64,000 nt of DNA from Planctomyces sp. (GTDB lineage: Bacteria > Planctomycetota > Planctomycetia > Planctomycetales > Planctomycetaceae). The stretch's first letter is position 1. Each line of letters starts with the position of its first letter. The translations under genes were made by a program, and so were the position numbers. This document shows positions 39,203-48,365 of the stretch, one piece after another. The stretch lies in assembly GCA_016795105.1 (NCBI GenBank), contig JAEUIH010000032.1:1-64000 (forward strand), written 5' to 3'. Below the pieces are notes generated by a model. It saw only the letters and a list, made by a program, of their open reading frames with translations, was not told the origin of the DNA and ran no database searches.

Positions 39203-40060
39203 ATGTCTGCTCATCAGCTCACTTCAGTCATTACTTCTTCGTGTCTCTTCTTTCTGGCTGGATTTATCGGCTGCAGTCAATTGCTGCGATTGTGGGACGA
39301 GTTTCTCACACAGAGCTTCAGTGGACCAGTCGCCCGATATCGGCAGCTGAGAATGGATGAACAACGCCTGGCGCACGGACTGAGGTTATGGTCTGTGTTA
39401 CTTGTTGCAGGAACAGCAGGCCTGATCCTGATTCAATCGTGGCCAATTGCTTTTCTTTATCCCTGTCTGATGGCCGTCGCTCCTCCATACGCCATTGAGT
39501 ACTTCATTCGACGCCGTGAACAGCTCCTGGAATCCCAGTTGATCGGTTCTTCGACAGGACTTGCTAATACGGTCAAAGCGGGACTCTCCATTCCCCAGGG
39601 GCTGAAGTCGGTCGCTGATGAGGCACCATTCCCACTGCGAACCGAACTCGATCAGATTGTTTACCAGTTTGATCATGGACGACCTCTGCAGGAGTCGCTG
39701 GCCGATGCGAGAAAGCGGCTGCAGCTGGAGTCATTCACTCTGTTCTGCCTCGCGCTTGAGGTCGCAGTGGAACGAGGTGGCCGGGTCAACATTACACTGG
39801 AACGTCTCAGTACGACATTGCAGGAGTGGTTCCGACTCCGCCGAAAACTCGATTCCGACACATCGGCCGGAAGATATGCAATTCTGATCATGGGATTCTG
39901 TCCCGCGGCATTTGTCCTGCTGTTTCTGGCGACCGGCATGAATGCAATTCTCTCACTTTTTACAGATTTGCGGGGACAGCTTGTCCTGTGTGCGATCATT
40001 CTGCTGATCTGTTTCGGTGTCCGCTGGGCCTGCCGAATCATGAACATCAAGCTCACCTGA
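39203..40060 (+). CDS. tadB: TadB-like type II secretion system F-family membrane protein
   Basis: Polytopic membrane protein with a T2SSF-like core (LPDALELLAxxxxAG-type motif: LFCLALEVAVERGGRVNITLERL). Its position after cpaF matches canonical Tad loci. Confidence 0.7.
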   Translation: MSAHQLTSVITSSCLFFLAGFIGCSQLLRLWDEFLTQSFSGPVARYRQLRMDEQRLAHGLRLWSVLLVAGTAGLILIQSWPIAFLYPCLMAVAPPYAIEYFIRRREQLLESQLIGSSTGLANTVKAGLSIPQGLKSVADEAPFPLRTELDQIVYQFDHGRPLQESLADARKRLQLESFTLFCLALEVAVERGGRVNITLERLSTTLQEWFRLRRKLDSDTSAGRYAILIMGFCPAAFVLLFLATGMNAILSLFTDLRGQLVLCAIILLICFGVRWACRIMNIKLT

Positions 40061-40078
40061 AACTGAGGACTCGAGGAA

Positions 40079-41044
40079 ATGTTTTCGTACTCGAATATGC
40101 TCATCACAAACCTGAGCTTCTCAGCGATCCCGCTGCACGAACTTCAGCAGGACTTTTCCCTGGGCGCGTCATTCCTGCTGGGAATATCTGTGTTCCTGCT
40201 GACCAGCCGCCTCGTTCTGATTGTTGACCGGCATGTCCGGACATTTGCTGAAGAATGGGAATTCGAACAGTCACGCCGTATTTCTCTTCGCAAAGGCAAC
40301 TCTGTTTACAGACTAACAGAACCTCTCATTGACGAACTCTGTGAGACTCGATTTGTCCAGCGGCTCGAAACACCGATCATCGAGCTTTCTCTGAGTCGAG
40401 GTGGAGACCCGCTTCCATGGAAACCACGAGAATTTGTGGCGGTGTCTCTGATGGAAGCACTCATACTCTGTCTTGCACTCATACTTATCAGCAGTGGTCT
40501 GTTGCCAATCACACACAGTCTTCTGATTGGAATGACTCTGGCAGTCATCTATTTCCGGGCGGCGATCAAGGCGATTCGGCGTAAGGCCGAGGAGCGAGTT
40601 CAACAGATCGAGCGGCGATTACCGTTTGGTATCGACCTCGTTGCCCTGATGATGCGAGCAGGGGCAGGATTCCGAGACGCACTTCAGACCGTGATTTCCG
40701 AGAGCCAGCCTCACCCGTTTGCTGTCGAATTACAAAGAGTACTCGATGATGTAAACCGAGGTAAAACACTCAGGACGTCTCTCGAAGAATTCAGCAACCG
40801 CCTGCGTTCTGACGATCTGCGGGAGATGGTGTTTGCGATTCAGAAATCAGAAGAACTTGGAACCCCTCTGGCTGACATATTTACCAACCTTGCTGATCAA
40901 ATGCGGTTGAGAAAATCTCAATGGGCAGAAGCAACAGCCGGGAAAGCGCAGATCCGCATGCAGGGGCCTCAATTCGTAATGATGGCTGCCTGCATGATCA
41001 CGATTCTAACCCCGTTTTTGTTCGAGATGATTACGAACTGGTGA
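40079..41044 (+). CDS. tadC: TadC-like type II secretion system F-family membrane protein
   Basis: The T2SSF domain is indicated by LPFGIDLVALMMRAGAGFRDALQTV...MVFAIQKSEELGTPLADIF, and this is the second F-family gene after tadB. Confidence 0.7.
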   Translation: MFSYSNMLITNLSFSAIPLHELQQDFSLGASFLLGISVFLLTSRLVLIVDRHVRTFAEEWEFEQSRRISLRKGNSVYRLTEPLIDELCETRFVQRLETPIIELSLSRGGDPLPWKPREFVAVSLMEALILCLALILISSGLLPITHSLLIGMTLAVIYFRAAIKAIRRKAEERVQQIERRLPFGIDLVALMMRAGAGFRDALQTVISESQPHPFAVELQRVLDDVNRGKTLRTSLEEFSNRLRSDDLREMVFAIQKSEELGTPLADIFTNLADQMRLRKSQWAEATAGKAQIRMQGPQFVMMAACMITILTPFLFEMITNW

Positions 41045-41052
41045 ATCACTCT

Positions 41053-41955
41053 ATGAAAGGCGCAGCTATGCAGTACATCCTCTCTATCGAAGCTCGGGGA
41101 AGTTCACCTGTGACCTGTCCACTGAGTCAGGACGTGTATCGAATCGGCTCGGGCTCTGCCTGCCAGATTCGAATTGCCACAAAATCTGATCACGCATTAA
41201 CACTCTTCCGTCGGGGACCAGCGTTCTTTGCGCTGAATCGAACGTCTGAGACTTTAAGAATTGGCAACGATCAGTTCGCTCCGAACAGCACTATGCCCTG
41301 GGCTCCTGGCCGTCGTCTTCAGCTTGAAGGAACGACGCTGAGGCTTGAAGCCGCAATTCCCGAACAAGTGGCCACTCGAATGGTCTACTCTCGCGCAATC
41401 GAACCCGACACATCCGAAAAACGCCTCAACTCTCAGGCGACTGTCCCCGCAACAACTGCAAATGTGTCGGGTTCAAAACCCGCAAATATGTCGGGTTCAA
41501 AACCCGCAAATATGTCGGGTTCGAAACTCGCAAATATGTCAGGTTCGAAACCCGCAAATATGCCAGGTTCGAAAACCACTGCCAAAAAGCGGCGGTCGAT
41601 GTTGACGACAATTGTGATGTGCGTAGTCACGGTCGTAACAATGCACTTCATTGCGGGAGTTGCCGCAGAACTTCAGACACGGAGAAAGGCAGAACTGCAG
41701 TCAATCGCTTGTGAAATCCAGCAAATCGTCCGAACAGAGGAACCGAAATCAGCCGTGCAACTCCGAAATCTGGCGTTGCTGAGCCTCGTCTCACGCCTGC
41801 AGTTCGCGGACGCTCTCGATGAAACCGCGAACAGAGACTCTGCAAAGTTCGAGATTCGAATCTTCTGCGAAAGTCTGCAGAATAGTTCTCACAGCACTCC
41901 AGCCGAACTAAAAATTGCGGATGAACTCATTCGCTGGATCAATCCCTCGGAGTAA
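41053..41955 (+). CDS. FHA-like domain membrane protein with a 5x SGSKPANM tandem repeat
   Basis: The N-terminal VYRIGSGSACQIRIATKSDHALTLFRRGPAFFALN resembles an FHA beta-sandwich. A TM helix (MLTTIVMCVVTVVTMHFIAGV) lies in the middle, and a 24-bp DNA repeat occurs 5 times in the coding sequence. Confidence 0.55.
   Translation: MKGAAMQYILSIEARGSSPVTCPLSQDVYRIGSGSACQIRIATKSDHALTLFRRGPAFFALNRTSETLRIGNDQFAPNSTMPWAPGRRLQLEGTTLRLEAAIPEQVATRMVYSRAIEPDTSEKRLNSQATVPATTANVSGSKPANMSGSKPANMSGSKLANMSGSKPANMPGSKTTAKKRRSMLTTIVMCVVTVVTMHFIAGVAAELQTRRKAELQSIACEIQQIVRTEEPKSAVQLRNLALLSLVSRLQFADALDETANRDSAKFEIRIFCESLQNSSHSTPAELKIADELIRWINPSE
41464..41577 (+). repeat. Coding tandem repeat, ~4.7 copies of a 24-bp unit (ATGTCGGGTTCAAAACCCGCAAAT) encoding MSGSKPAN
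   Basis: Direct reading of the sequence shows copies differing by 1-3 nt. Confidence 0.8.
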
Positions 41956-41971
41956 GCTGCTGAGGCCGTCC

Positions 41972-42727
41972 ATGCTGATGTCGAACTTCAACCTGTTCAA
42001 CGAGAGTCATGTGAACCTGAACGATTTGTGCGAGGATTTTGAAGACGCGTGGAATTCCAGCCATGTTCCGGATGTCTTTGAATTCCTGAAAAGAGCCTCG
42101 ACTGAGGACCTCGAGCAGGCTGCGCTGGAACTGATTCCAATCGATATGGAGCGGCGGTGGAAAAAACAACAGATTCCGCTGGAGCTCTCCTCTTACCTGA
42201 CCGCTTTCTCACAGGCTCTCGCGCCTGATGCACTGATTGAACTCATCTGTTCCGAGTTCTGCATTCGCAACACATACGGCGACTGCATTTCACGCACGAC
42301 CATCCTGCAGCAATATGGACATCTTGGGAAACGTCTTCATGATGAACTCGAGAAGGCTTCCGCCAATCTAAGCTTCCCCTTCGTGAGCATTATGCTGAAC
42401 GGGGTCGTCGCATCATCAGTAAAACTGGATCGAGTTGTGACCGCCGGACGTCAAAATCATTTGAGCCAGAAGCCCTGGTCAAGTTCGTCTGCACCGGATC
42501 GCCATCGACTCATCCTGTGCGAAGCTTCAGATCCGAGTCTCAGCAGAAATCAACTGGAAGTGATCCGTGTTTCACCAGATACGATACGTGTCAAAAACAC
42601 GAGTTCAAATCGAGCGCTTGCAGTTCGTGGCTGCCCTCCACTCGATGCTGGCCAGTCAGATCTCTATCGTCTCCCTGTCTTCATTCACCTGGGTGCGTCC
42701 AGATATCTCCGCGTCAGCCAGAACTAA
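41972..42727 (+). CDS. Hypothetical protein at the end of the Tad locus
   Basis: The ORF track gives 41915..42727 with a TTG start, and the first plausible non-overlapping ATG is at 41972. No domain was recognised. Confidence 0.45.
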   Translation: MLMSNFNLFNESHVNLNDLCEDFEDAWNSSHVPDVFEFLKRASTEDLEQAALELIPIDMERRWKKQQIPLELSSYLTAFSQALAPDALIELICSEFCIRNTYGDCISRTTILQQYGHLGKRLHDELEKASANLSFPFVSIMLNGVVASSVKLDRVVTAGRQNHLSQKPWSSSSAPDRHRLILCEASDPSLSRNQLEVIRVSPDTIRVKNTSSNRALAVRGCPPLDAGQSDLYRLPVFIHLGASRYLRVSQN

Positions 42728-42754
42728 GCGTGAGCCAGAACTAAGTCATCGACA

Positions 42755-43888
42755 TCATGGATGTTCGCGAAGGAAACCGCTGGCCTGATTTCGGACGTCT
42801 GCTGCGAAGTGCTCCGATTCGATCTTCTGCACGGCTGCTCTTAGCTCGGTCTTCTGCTCTGAAGAGAGTCTGTCCCAAAGTCCACCGACTGCCCGCAGAC
42901 AGTTTCGAGTCGCAGCCGACTGCTCGACCTGAAATGCTGCATATGCCTGTCGTTCAGCTTCAGGCGATTCGTAACTCGCCGCCTTCACAAATGGACGGGT
43001 CGCTTCCTTGATCAATTCCGTGAGAACGGGGACACCATCGAGACTTCCGTTTCTTGCGAGCCCTACAGCAGCATTCGCTCTGGCGAAAGTGTCGCCGTCA
43101 GACAACATCGACTTCAGAAGCTCCACCGACTCTGAACCGCTGACACTTGCGCTCGCATACGCTGCAAGATGACGAACCACCGGATCCGGATCCTGCGATG
43201 CCAGCTGAATCTGTTGAAGGACGTCCGTGTTTGTTATGGTGGGTTCTGAAAGCGGCTCTTTCAGCGCTACGGGCACCATATCCTGAGTTGTCGCATTGCT
43301 TTCAAAACCTGTTGCTTTCTCGAAATGACGCCCCGCAATCGCCGCAACGGCCATCAGGGCACTCTTACGAACATCCGGGTTTCGCTCGGCTGTCATCGCA
43401 GTCGCAAGCACCGGAAGAACAGTGTCGTCATCCTCCATCATGCTGAGAGTTCGAGTCAGGAACTTCTGATGTTCGAGATCTTCATCGGAAGGCGTTGTTG
43501 AGGCCAGAGATTTCTTCAGAACATCCGTCAATCCCTGAACGATGACTGGTTCACGTGTCAGGGGAATTCGATCTTCGGCTGGCGGAAGATTTCTTTCATT
43601 CCCAAGCATTTGAGCAAGACCATGGGCTGCCCGCCATCGGCGATGCTCATTGCTGCTGCCAAGCTCCTCCACCATTTGTTGCCAGTTAGTGTCCGATTCC
43701 GCCAGCTTCCCAAACAAGGCCCAGACAGTTATGACTGCCGCAACAATCATAGCAGGAATCAGGAACAACTGGATGATATAGCCCGCAGATGGAGCAACCA
43801 CCAGTGGCAAGTCTTCCGGTCGCAATCCCGGAAGACCTGCAGGTGAAGGCTTGGGGCCTGAATCGGTGGGAGGGGGATCAGTTGGCAT
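42755..43888 (-). CDS. HEAT/PBS-lyase-like repeat protein, membrane-anchored
   Basis: N-terminal TM helix (YIIQLFLIPAMIVAAVITVWALFG) followed by repeated ~30-aa helical units with the pattern xxVRxxAxxALxxxG typical of HEAT_2/PBS lyase repeats. Confidence 0.6.
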   Translation of the reverse strand: MPTDPPPTDSGPKPSPAGLPGLRPEDLPLVVAPSAGYIIQLFLIPAMIVAAVITVWALFGKLAESDTNWQQMVEELGSSNEHRRWRAAHGLAQMLGNERNLPPAEDRIPLTREPVIVQGLTDVLKKSLASTTPSDEDLEHQKFLTRTLSMMEDDDTVLPVLATAMTAERNPDVRKSALMAVAAIAGRHFEKATGFESNATTQDMVPVALKEPLSEPTITNTDVLQQIQLASQDPDPVVRHLAAYASASVSGSESVELLKSMLSDGDTFARANAAVGLARNGSLDGVPVLTELIKEATRPFVKAASYESPEAERQAYAAFQVEQSAATRNCLRAVGGLWDRLSSEQKTELRAAVQKIESEHFAADVRNQASGFLREHP

Positions 43889-43994
43889 CGTCTCATCTCA
43901 ACAAAAAACGGGTCGAGTGCAGCCAACTCAGGATCGGCGGCCCTCGAATCACACTTTTGCGATCAATCCTATAGCTTTTCCGCGGACATGAACA

Positions 43995-45932
43995 TCATTC
44001 GGTCAGGCCCCAGTTTCCATCCCAGCGGACAAAACCTTCGATAGCTTCATACTCCGCAAGACCGAGCTTGTCATAACGGCGAGCGGTGTCTGCATTTCTT
44101 GCTTCTGCTCGCTGCCAGAATTCTCGCATGTCCGGACCGGGAAACAGAGCACGGTCTTTTTGCGACTCGTGCTTGAAAATCGCGTTTCGCTTCTGCTTTA
44201 CTTCCTGAGGACTGAGAGGTACCGCGATCTCAACCTGGTGAACAGGCCACTCCTGCCAGGCTCCTCGATACAGAAGGACTTCGCTGGTCTTGTACCATTC
44301 ATCATGGCGACACTGATCACATGCCTGAAAGATGGCTTTCAGACAGGTGCGATGAGTTCCATGCGGGTCAGAAAGATCGCCAGCCGCATAGATCTGATGC
44401 GGCTGAATCTTTCGCAGGAGATCCACGATGATCTGGATGTCATCCTGACCAAGTGGTTTCTTTTTGATACGGCCGGTCGCATAGAACGGCATGTCCAGAA
44501 AATGCAGTCGCTCGCCTGGGACACCGCAGCAACGAGCACCGGCCCGAGCTTCACCCACTCGAATGAGCGCTTTGATCTGCTGAACTTCGGGGCTGTCGAC
44601 CTGCCCCGCCTGCTTGTTCTTGAGGAATTCCTCAACATGCTGTTCGAGTTCAGTAATGCGATCGGACAACAGTCCGAACTTTGCACAGTAGTCAGAAACG
44701 AATTCCGCAAACCGAATCGCATCATCATCAAAGACCGCAATGTTGCCGGACGTCTGGTAAGCAATATGCACTTCATGTCCCTGATCCGCCAATCGAATCA
44801 GCGTACCACCCATAGAAATGACGTCGTCGTCAGGGTGAGGCGAGAACACGATCACGCGTTTGGGGAAGATATGATCGAATGGTTGAGGGCGGTCGCCCGG
44901 CTTCTTGGCATGTGCAGGCTTTCCGGCAGGCCAGCCCACAATCGTTGCCTGCAGATAACGAAACACCTGCAGGTTGATTTCATAGGCAGAACCATATTCT
45001 GCAAGCAAGTCCTGAAGCCCTTCTTCGTTGTAGTCCGAATCCGTCAGCTTCAGAATCGCCTTATTCATCTTCTCTGAGAGCCAGATTACGGCACGTCGAA
45101 TCGTTGCGGGCTCCCATGGCACGGAACCGACGAGCCAGGGGGTCTTCATCCGAGTCAGTGCAGCAGAGGCTGCCTGATCAAGAAGTACTTCCACATTTCG
45201 ATGGTTCTGCAGATAAGTCGCAGGAACCGATGGCGTCATTTCGCCTTCCACAGTTTTCGCGACAATGCTGCTCTTACCTTCGCCGAACGCGAGGATGAAA
45301 ATTCGGCGAGCACCGAGAATCGTTCCGACACCCATTGTGATGGCTCGACGAGGCACATTTTCTGCGCCAAAGAAGTCACTGGCCGCATCAATTCGAGTCA
45401 CGGAATCGAGAGTGATCAATCGTGTACGAGTGGTCGCATCAGATCCTGGTTCGTTGAACCCAATATGGCCAGTTCGACCAATCCCCAGAATCTGAATATC
45501 GATCCCGCCGTACTGAGCGATCTTTGCTTCATAGTCACGGCAATAGTCGGCAACTTTTTCTACAGGAATCGTTCCGTCCGGCACATTGAAGTTGCCCGGC
45601 TTGATGTCAATATGGTCAAACAGATGCTCTCGCATGAACCGACAGTAACTCTGCAGGTCATCCGGATGCATCGGGAAGTATTCGTCGAGATTAAACGTGA
45701 TCACATTGGCGAAAGAGAGATTCTCTTCGCGGTGCATTCTCACCAGTTCCGCGTAAATTCCAGTGGGTGTGGAGCCAGTCGCCAGTCCAAGAACACAGTG
45801 TTTGCCTTCTGCTGCTCGTGAACGAATCAACGAAGCAATTTCATTGGCAACTTTGCGAGCAGCTTCCCGGGAACTGGAAAAAAGCTGGCAGCGAAGCTTT
45901 TCAAGCTTGGTAATATCCTGGTGAACAGTCAT
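43995..45932 (-). CDS. nagB: Glucosamine-6-phosphate deaminase, long form (NagB-II) with a C-terminal LmbE/PIG-L-like deacetylase domain
   Basis: The N-terminal half has GLATGSTP...FNLDEY...GIGRTGHIGFNEPGS, which are NagB motifs. The C-terminal half has VIVFSPHPDDDVISMGGTL, the PIG-L/LmbE signature. The ATG is at 45932, and the longer ORF runs to 46208. Confidence 0.85.
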   Translation of the reverse strand: MTVHQDITKLEKLRCQLFSSSREAARKVANEIASLIRSRAAEGKHCVLGLATGSTPTGIYAELVRMHREENLSFANVITFNLDEYFPMHPDDLQSYCRFMREHLFDHIDIKPGNFNVPDGTIPVEKVADYCRDYEAKIAQYGGIDIQILGIGRTGHIGFNEPGSDATTRTRLITLDSVTRIDAASDFFGAENVPRRAITMGVGTILGARRIFILAFGEGKSSIVAKTVEGEMTPSVPATYLQNHRNVEVLLDQAASAALTRMKTPWLVGSVPWEPATIRRAVIWLSEKMNKAILKLTDSDYNEEGLQDLLAEYGSAYEINLQVFRYLQATIVGWPAGKPAHAKKPGDRPQPFDHIFPKRVIVFSPHPDDDVISMGGTLIRLADQGHEVHIAYQTSGNIAVFDDDAIRFAEFVSDYCAKFGLLSDRITELEQHVEEFLKNKQAGQVDSPEVQQIKALIRVGEARAGARCCGVPGERLHFLDMPFYATGRIKKKPLGQDDIQIIVDLLRKIQPHQIYAAGDLSDPHGTHRTCLKAIFQACDQCRHDEWYKTSEVLLYRGAWQEWPVHQVEIAVPLSPQEVKQKRNAIFKHESQKDRALFPGPDMREFWQRAEARNADTARRYDKLGLAEYEAIEGFVRWDGNWGLTE

Positions 45933-46329
45933 AGAAAATGGCCGCAAAACAATGTGATTGTTGGCAAAACAGCAATCCCTGCAGGGAAGGAGCAAAAGTG
46001 TAACGCCGGTTACCGACAATTCATGTGAGCAACCCGACTTTCGCGCCGAATGCCATTTTCCGGATTTTTCTGCATTAAAACTGCCCCTTTTCTGGCGTTC
46101 TTTCGGCGAAAAATCCAGGATTCCGGCAATCCTGTCGAATCTGGGGCAACGATTCTTTCGTTCTTTCAGAACTTCTCGTCCCGATGATTTCGACAAACAG
46201 CCAAACACTGGTATCGCCAGGAGACAATCACTGGTGCGACCCGCGGGGGGAACTTTTAGACCAAAGGCTGCCGTCCTCGAATCATCTCTTCTACAACATC
46301 GTGTCTCACTCTTGCAAGGATCTCCCTAC

Positions 46330-48231
46330 ATGCGTTTGTTCAGCTGGAAACGAATCGTTCTGAATCTGTCAGCAGTGGCAGTCGGAGTCACCTCCGTCAT
46401 GAACCCGGTTTGTGCCGGTGACCTTCGAGATGCTGCTCCGCCGTCCGTGTTTCTCGCGGTCTATGCAAAGCAGAACCCCGAGCGAGACTATCAGAAGAAA
46501 TATTACGAAGACATTCTGAAGACTGTTCGCAGTACGAAGATCATGGATCGTGCACTTCAGATGGTTCAGCGCCGTATGGGCGAAACAGATGTTGAGCAAC
46601 TGAATTCAGTCCGTGATGCTGTCACGAATGCGTTTGCCAATGTCGAATGGGCTAAGGTTACAAATTCATCAGAAACACTTTACGTTCAGCGGATGGAAGC
46701 TCCAACATCCCATCATGTGATTCTCTGCTCAATGGAAGAAGGCGGAGCGTCTTCTCTGGCAACCGGAATCTCCAACCTGTTTGATCTGGCTGTTAACGCA
46801 TCCGGTGGAAATCTGACGAAGACTACCGAAACAGCGGGTGGTGTAGAGTTTACTGTTCTTCAGCTGCCACCTGGTGCCCCGATGGCGCCAGCCGTGGGTG
46901 TTGACGGAAACGTATTCGTCTTCACAACGTCCCTCGCTTTTGCCGGTGAGAGCCTCGACTACTATCACAACCCGGACAAAGAATCAAAGTTTGAAGATGC
47001 TCGCGTTGTCGAAGCAATGAAACATCTTCCGGCGGCTGAAGACTCCATCGTATTTTACGACGGAGCTGCGATGTCCGATCAGCTGAACAGCATGATTGAA
47101 TTCGTCAGGAACGTCGCAGGTGGAAATCCGGATGCTGCTCGAGGTATTGACCTCATGACCCGCATCTTTACAGAAGTCTCTGCTCACGACTTCGAACTGA
47201 CCGTTGAATATACCGAAGGTTTCCAGAATCGCTCGGCATCCTATGGCCGCATGAAGTCCGGTACCGAAGAAGGACTCATGGCGAAGATGATGAGCCATCA
47301 GCAGGCATTTGAAAACTGGCAGACATGGGTTCCGGAAAATGCTTCCGCCTACTCGCTGTCCAGTGGTGTTAACCTCCACCCGGCATACGAATGGATGATG
47401 GAAGTCATTCCTTCTGTGTTCCCTGAAGCACAACAGGGACTCGATCAGTTTGCTCAGATTCAGGATCAGATCGACCTGCATCTCGATGCCGACATTCTTC
47501 AGTCGTTCCCGGGAGAAACAGTCTCCCTGTCGTTCCCAGGAAAGACTCCGTCTCCATTTGGAGGTAAGTCGTCTGAATCCGCGATGTTCATGCGATGCAC
47601 CAACCCGGATCGAATCCAGGCTCTCCTGGCTCGCGCAATGGAGATGATCAAGCAGAATCAACAGGCCAAAGAACAGGGTATCGATATGGTGCCCATCGAA
47701 GGCATGGAAGGATTCAGTGAAATCAAGGCCAATTCATTTGGGATGGTTGGAATTAAGCCAGTCATTGGTTTCAAAGATGGCTGGATGGTCATGGGAAGTC
47801 ACCTTGAAGCCGTCAAAGCCGCTCTTGAAACTCGCAGTGGAAGCGGCTCTACGATTGTTGACTCGGACAGTTTCAAGAACTTTAATCTGGAAGTGAAGGG
47901 CCCGGTTCAGTCCATCAGCTATAAGAACAACGCCGAAGCGACTCGTCAGGCTGCTGACCTTATGCAGCAACTTGGCATCATGGGACCAGCCCTGATCAGC
48001 ATGGCTCCCAAGAACGCCAATGGTCCTGACCTTCAGCCACTGATTGAAGCTGCTCAGCTGCTGCCACTGGTCAGCCAGATCGTCCGCAAGTTTGACTTCA
48101 TCGAATCGACAATGTCAGTGACACAGGACGGACCAGAGTCCGGCTCTTATGTCCGACAGAGTGTCACTCTGATTCGCCCGCCAGCACCAGAAAAGAAGCC
48201 AGCTGCTTCAAGTGCAGCCCCGGCGAAATAG
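46330..48231 (+). CDS. Hypothetical secreted protein
   Basis: Signal peptide MRLFSWKRIVLNLSAVAVGVTSVMNPVCAG. The 634-aa ORF shows no recognised domain and ends in a Pro/Ala/Lys-rich tail. Confidence 0.55.
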   Translation: MRLFSWKRIVLNLSAVAVGVTSVMNPVCAGDLRDAAPPSVFLAVYAKQNPERDYQKKYYEDILKTVRSTKIMDRALQMVQRRMGETDVEQLNSVRDAVTNAFANVEWAKVTNSSETLYVQRMEAPTSHHVILCSMEEGGASSLATGISNLFDLAVNASGGNLTKTTETAGGVEFTVLQLPPGAPMAPAVGVDGNVFVFTTSLAFAGESLDYYHNPDKESKFEDARVVEAMKHLPAAEDSIVFYDGAAMSDQLNSMIEFVRNVAGGNPDAARGIDLMTRIFTEVSAHDFELTVEYTEGFQNRSASYGRMKSGTEEGLMAKMMSHQQAFENWQTWVPENASAYSLSSGVNLHPAYEWMMEVIPSVFPEAQQGLDQFAQIQDQIDLHLDADILQSFPGETVSLSFPGKTPSPFGGKSSESAMFMRCTNPDRIQALLARAMEMIKQNQQAKEQGIDMVPIEGMEGFSEIKANSFGMVGIKPVIGFKDGWMVMGSHLEAVKAALETRSGSGSTIVDSDSFKNFNLEVKGPVQSISYKNNAEATRQAADLMQQLGIMGPALISMAPKNANGPDLQPLIEAAQLLPLVSQIVRKFDFIESTMSVTQDGPESGSYVRQSVTLIRPPAPEKKPAASSAAPAK

Positions 48232-48284
48232 TCTGACCACAGGTCAAATCAGCATCAGGTAACTGATCCTTGAAGAAAGCTTGT

Positions 48285-48316
48285 CCCGCCAGGACACTCC
48301 TGGCGGGATTTTTTTT
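48285..48316 (+). terminator. Rho-independent terminator
   Basis: The hairpin CCCGCCAGG-ACACT-CCTGGCGGG is followed by a run of 8 T residues. Confidence 0.7.
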
Positions 48317-48365
48317 CTACCGATTGCATTGCGACCAACACGGTTCGATCCTAAGGGAACAATCC

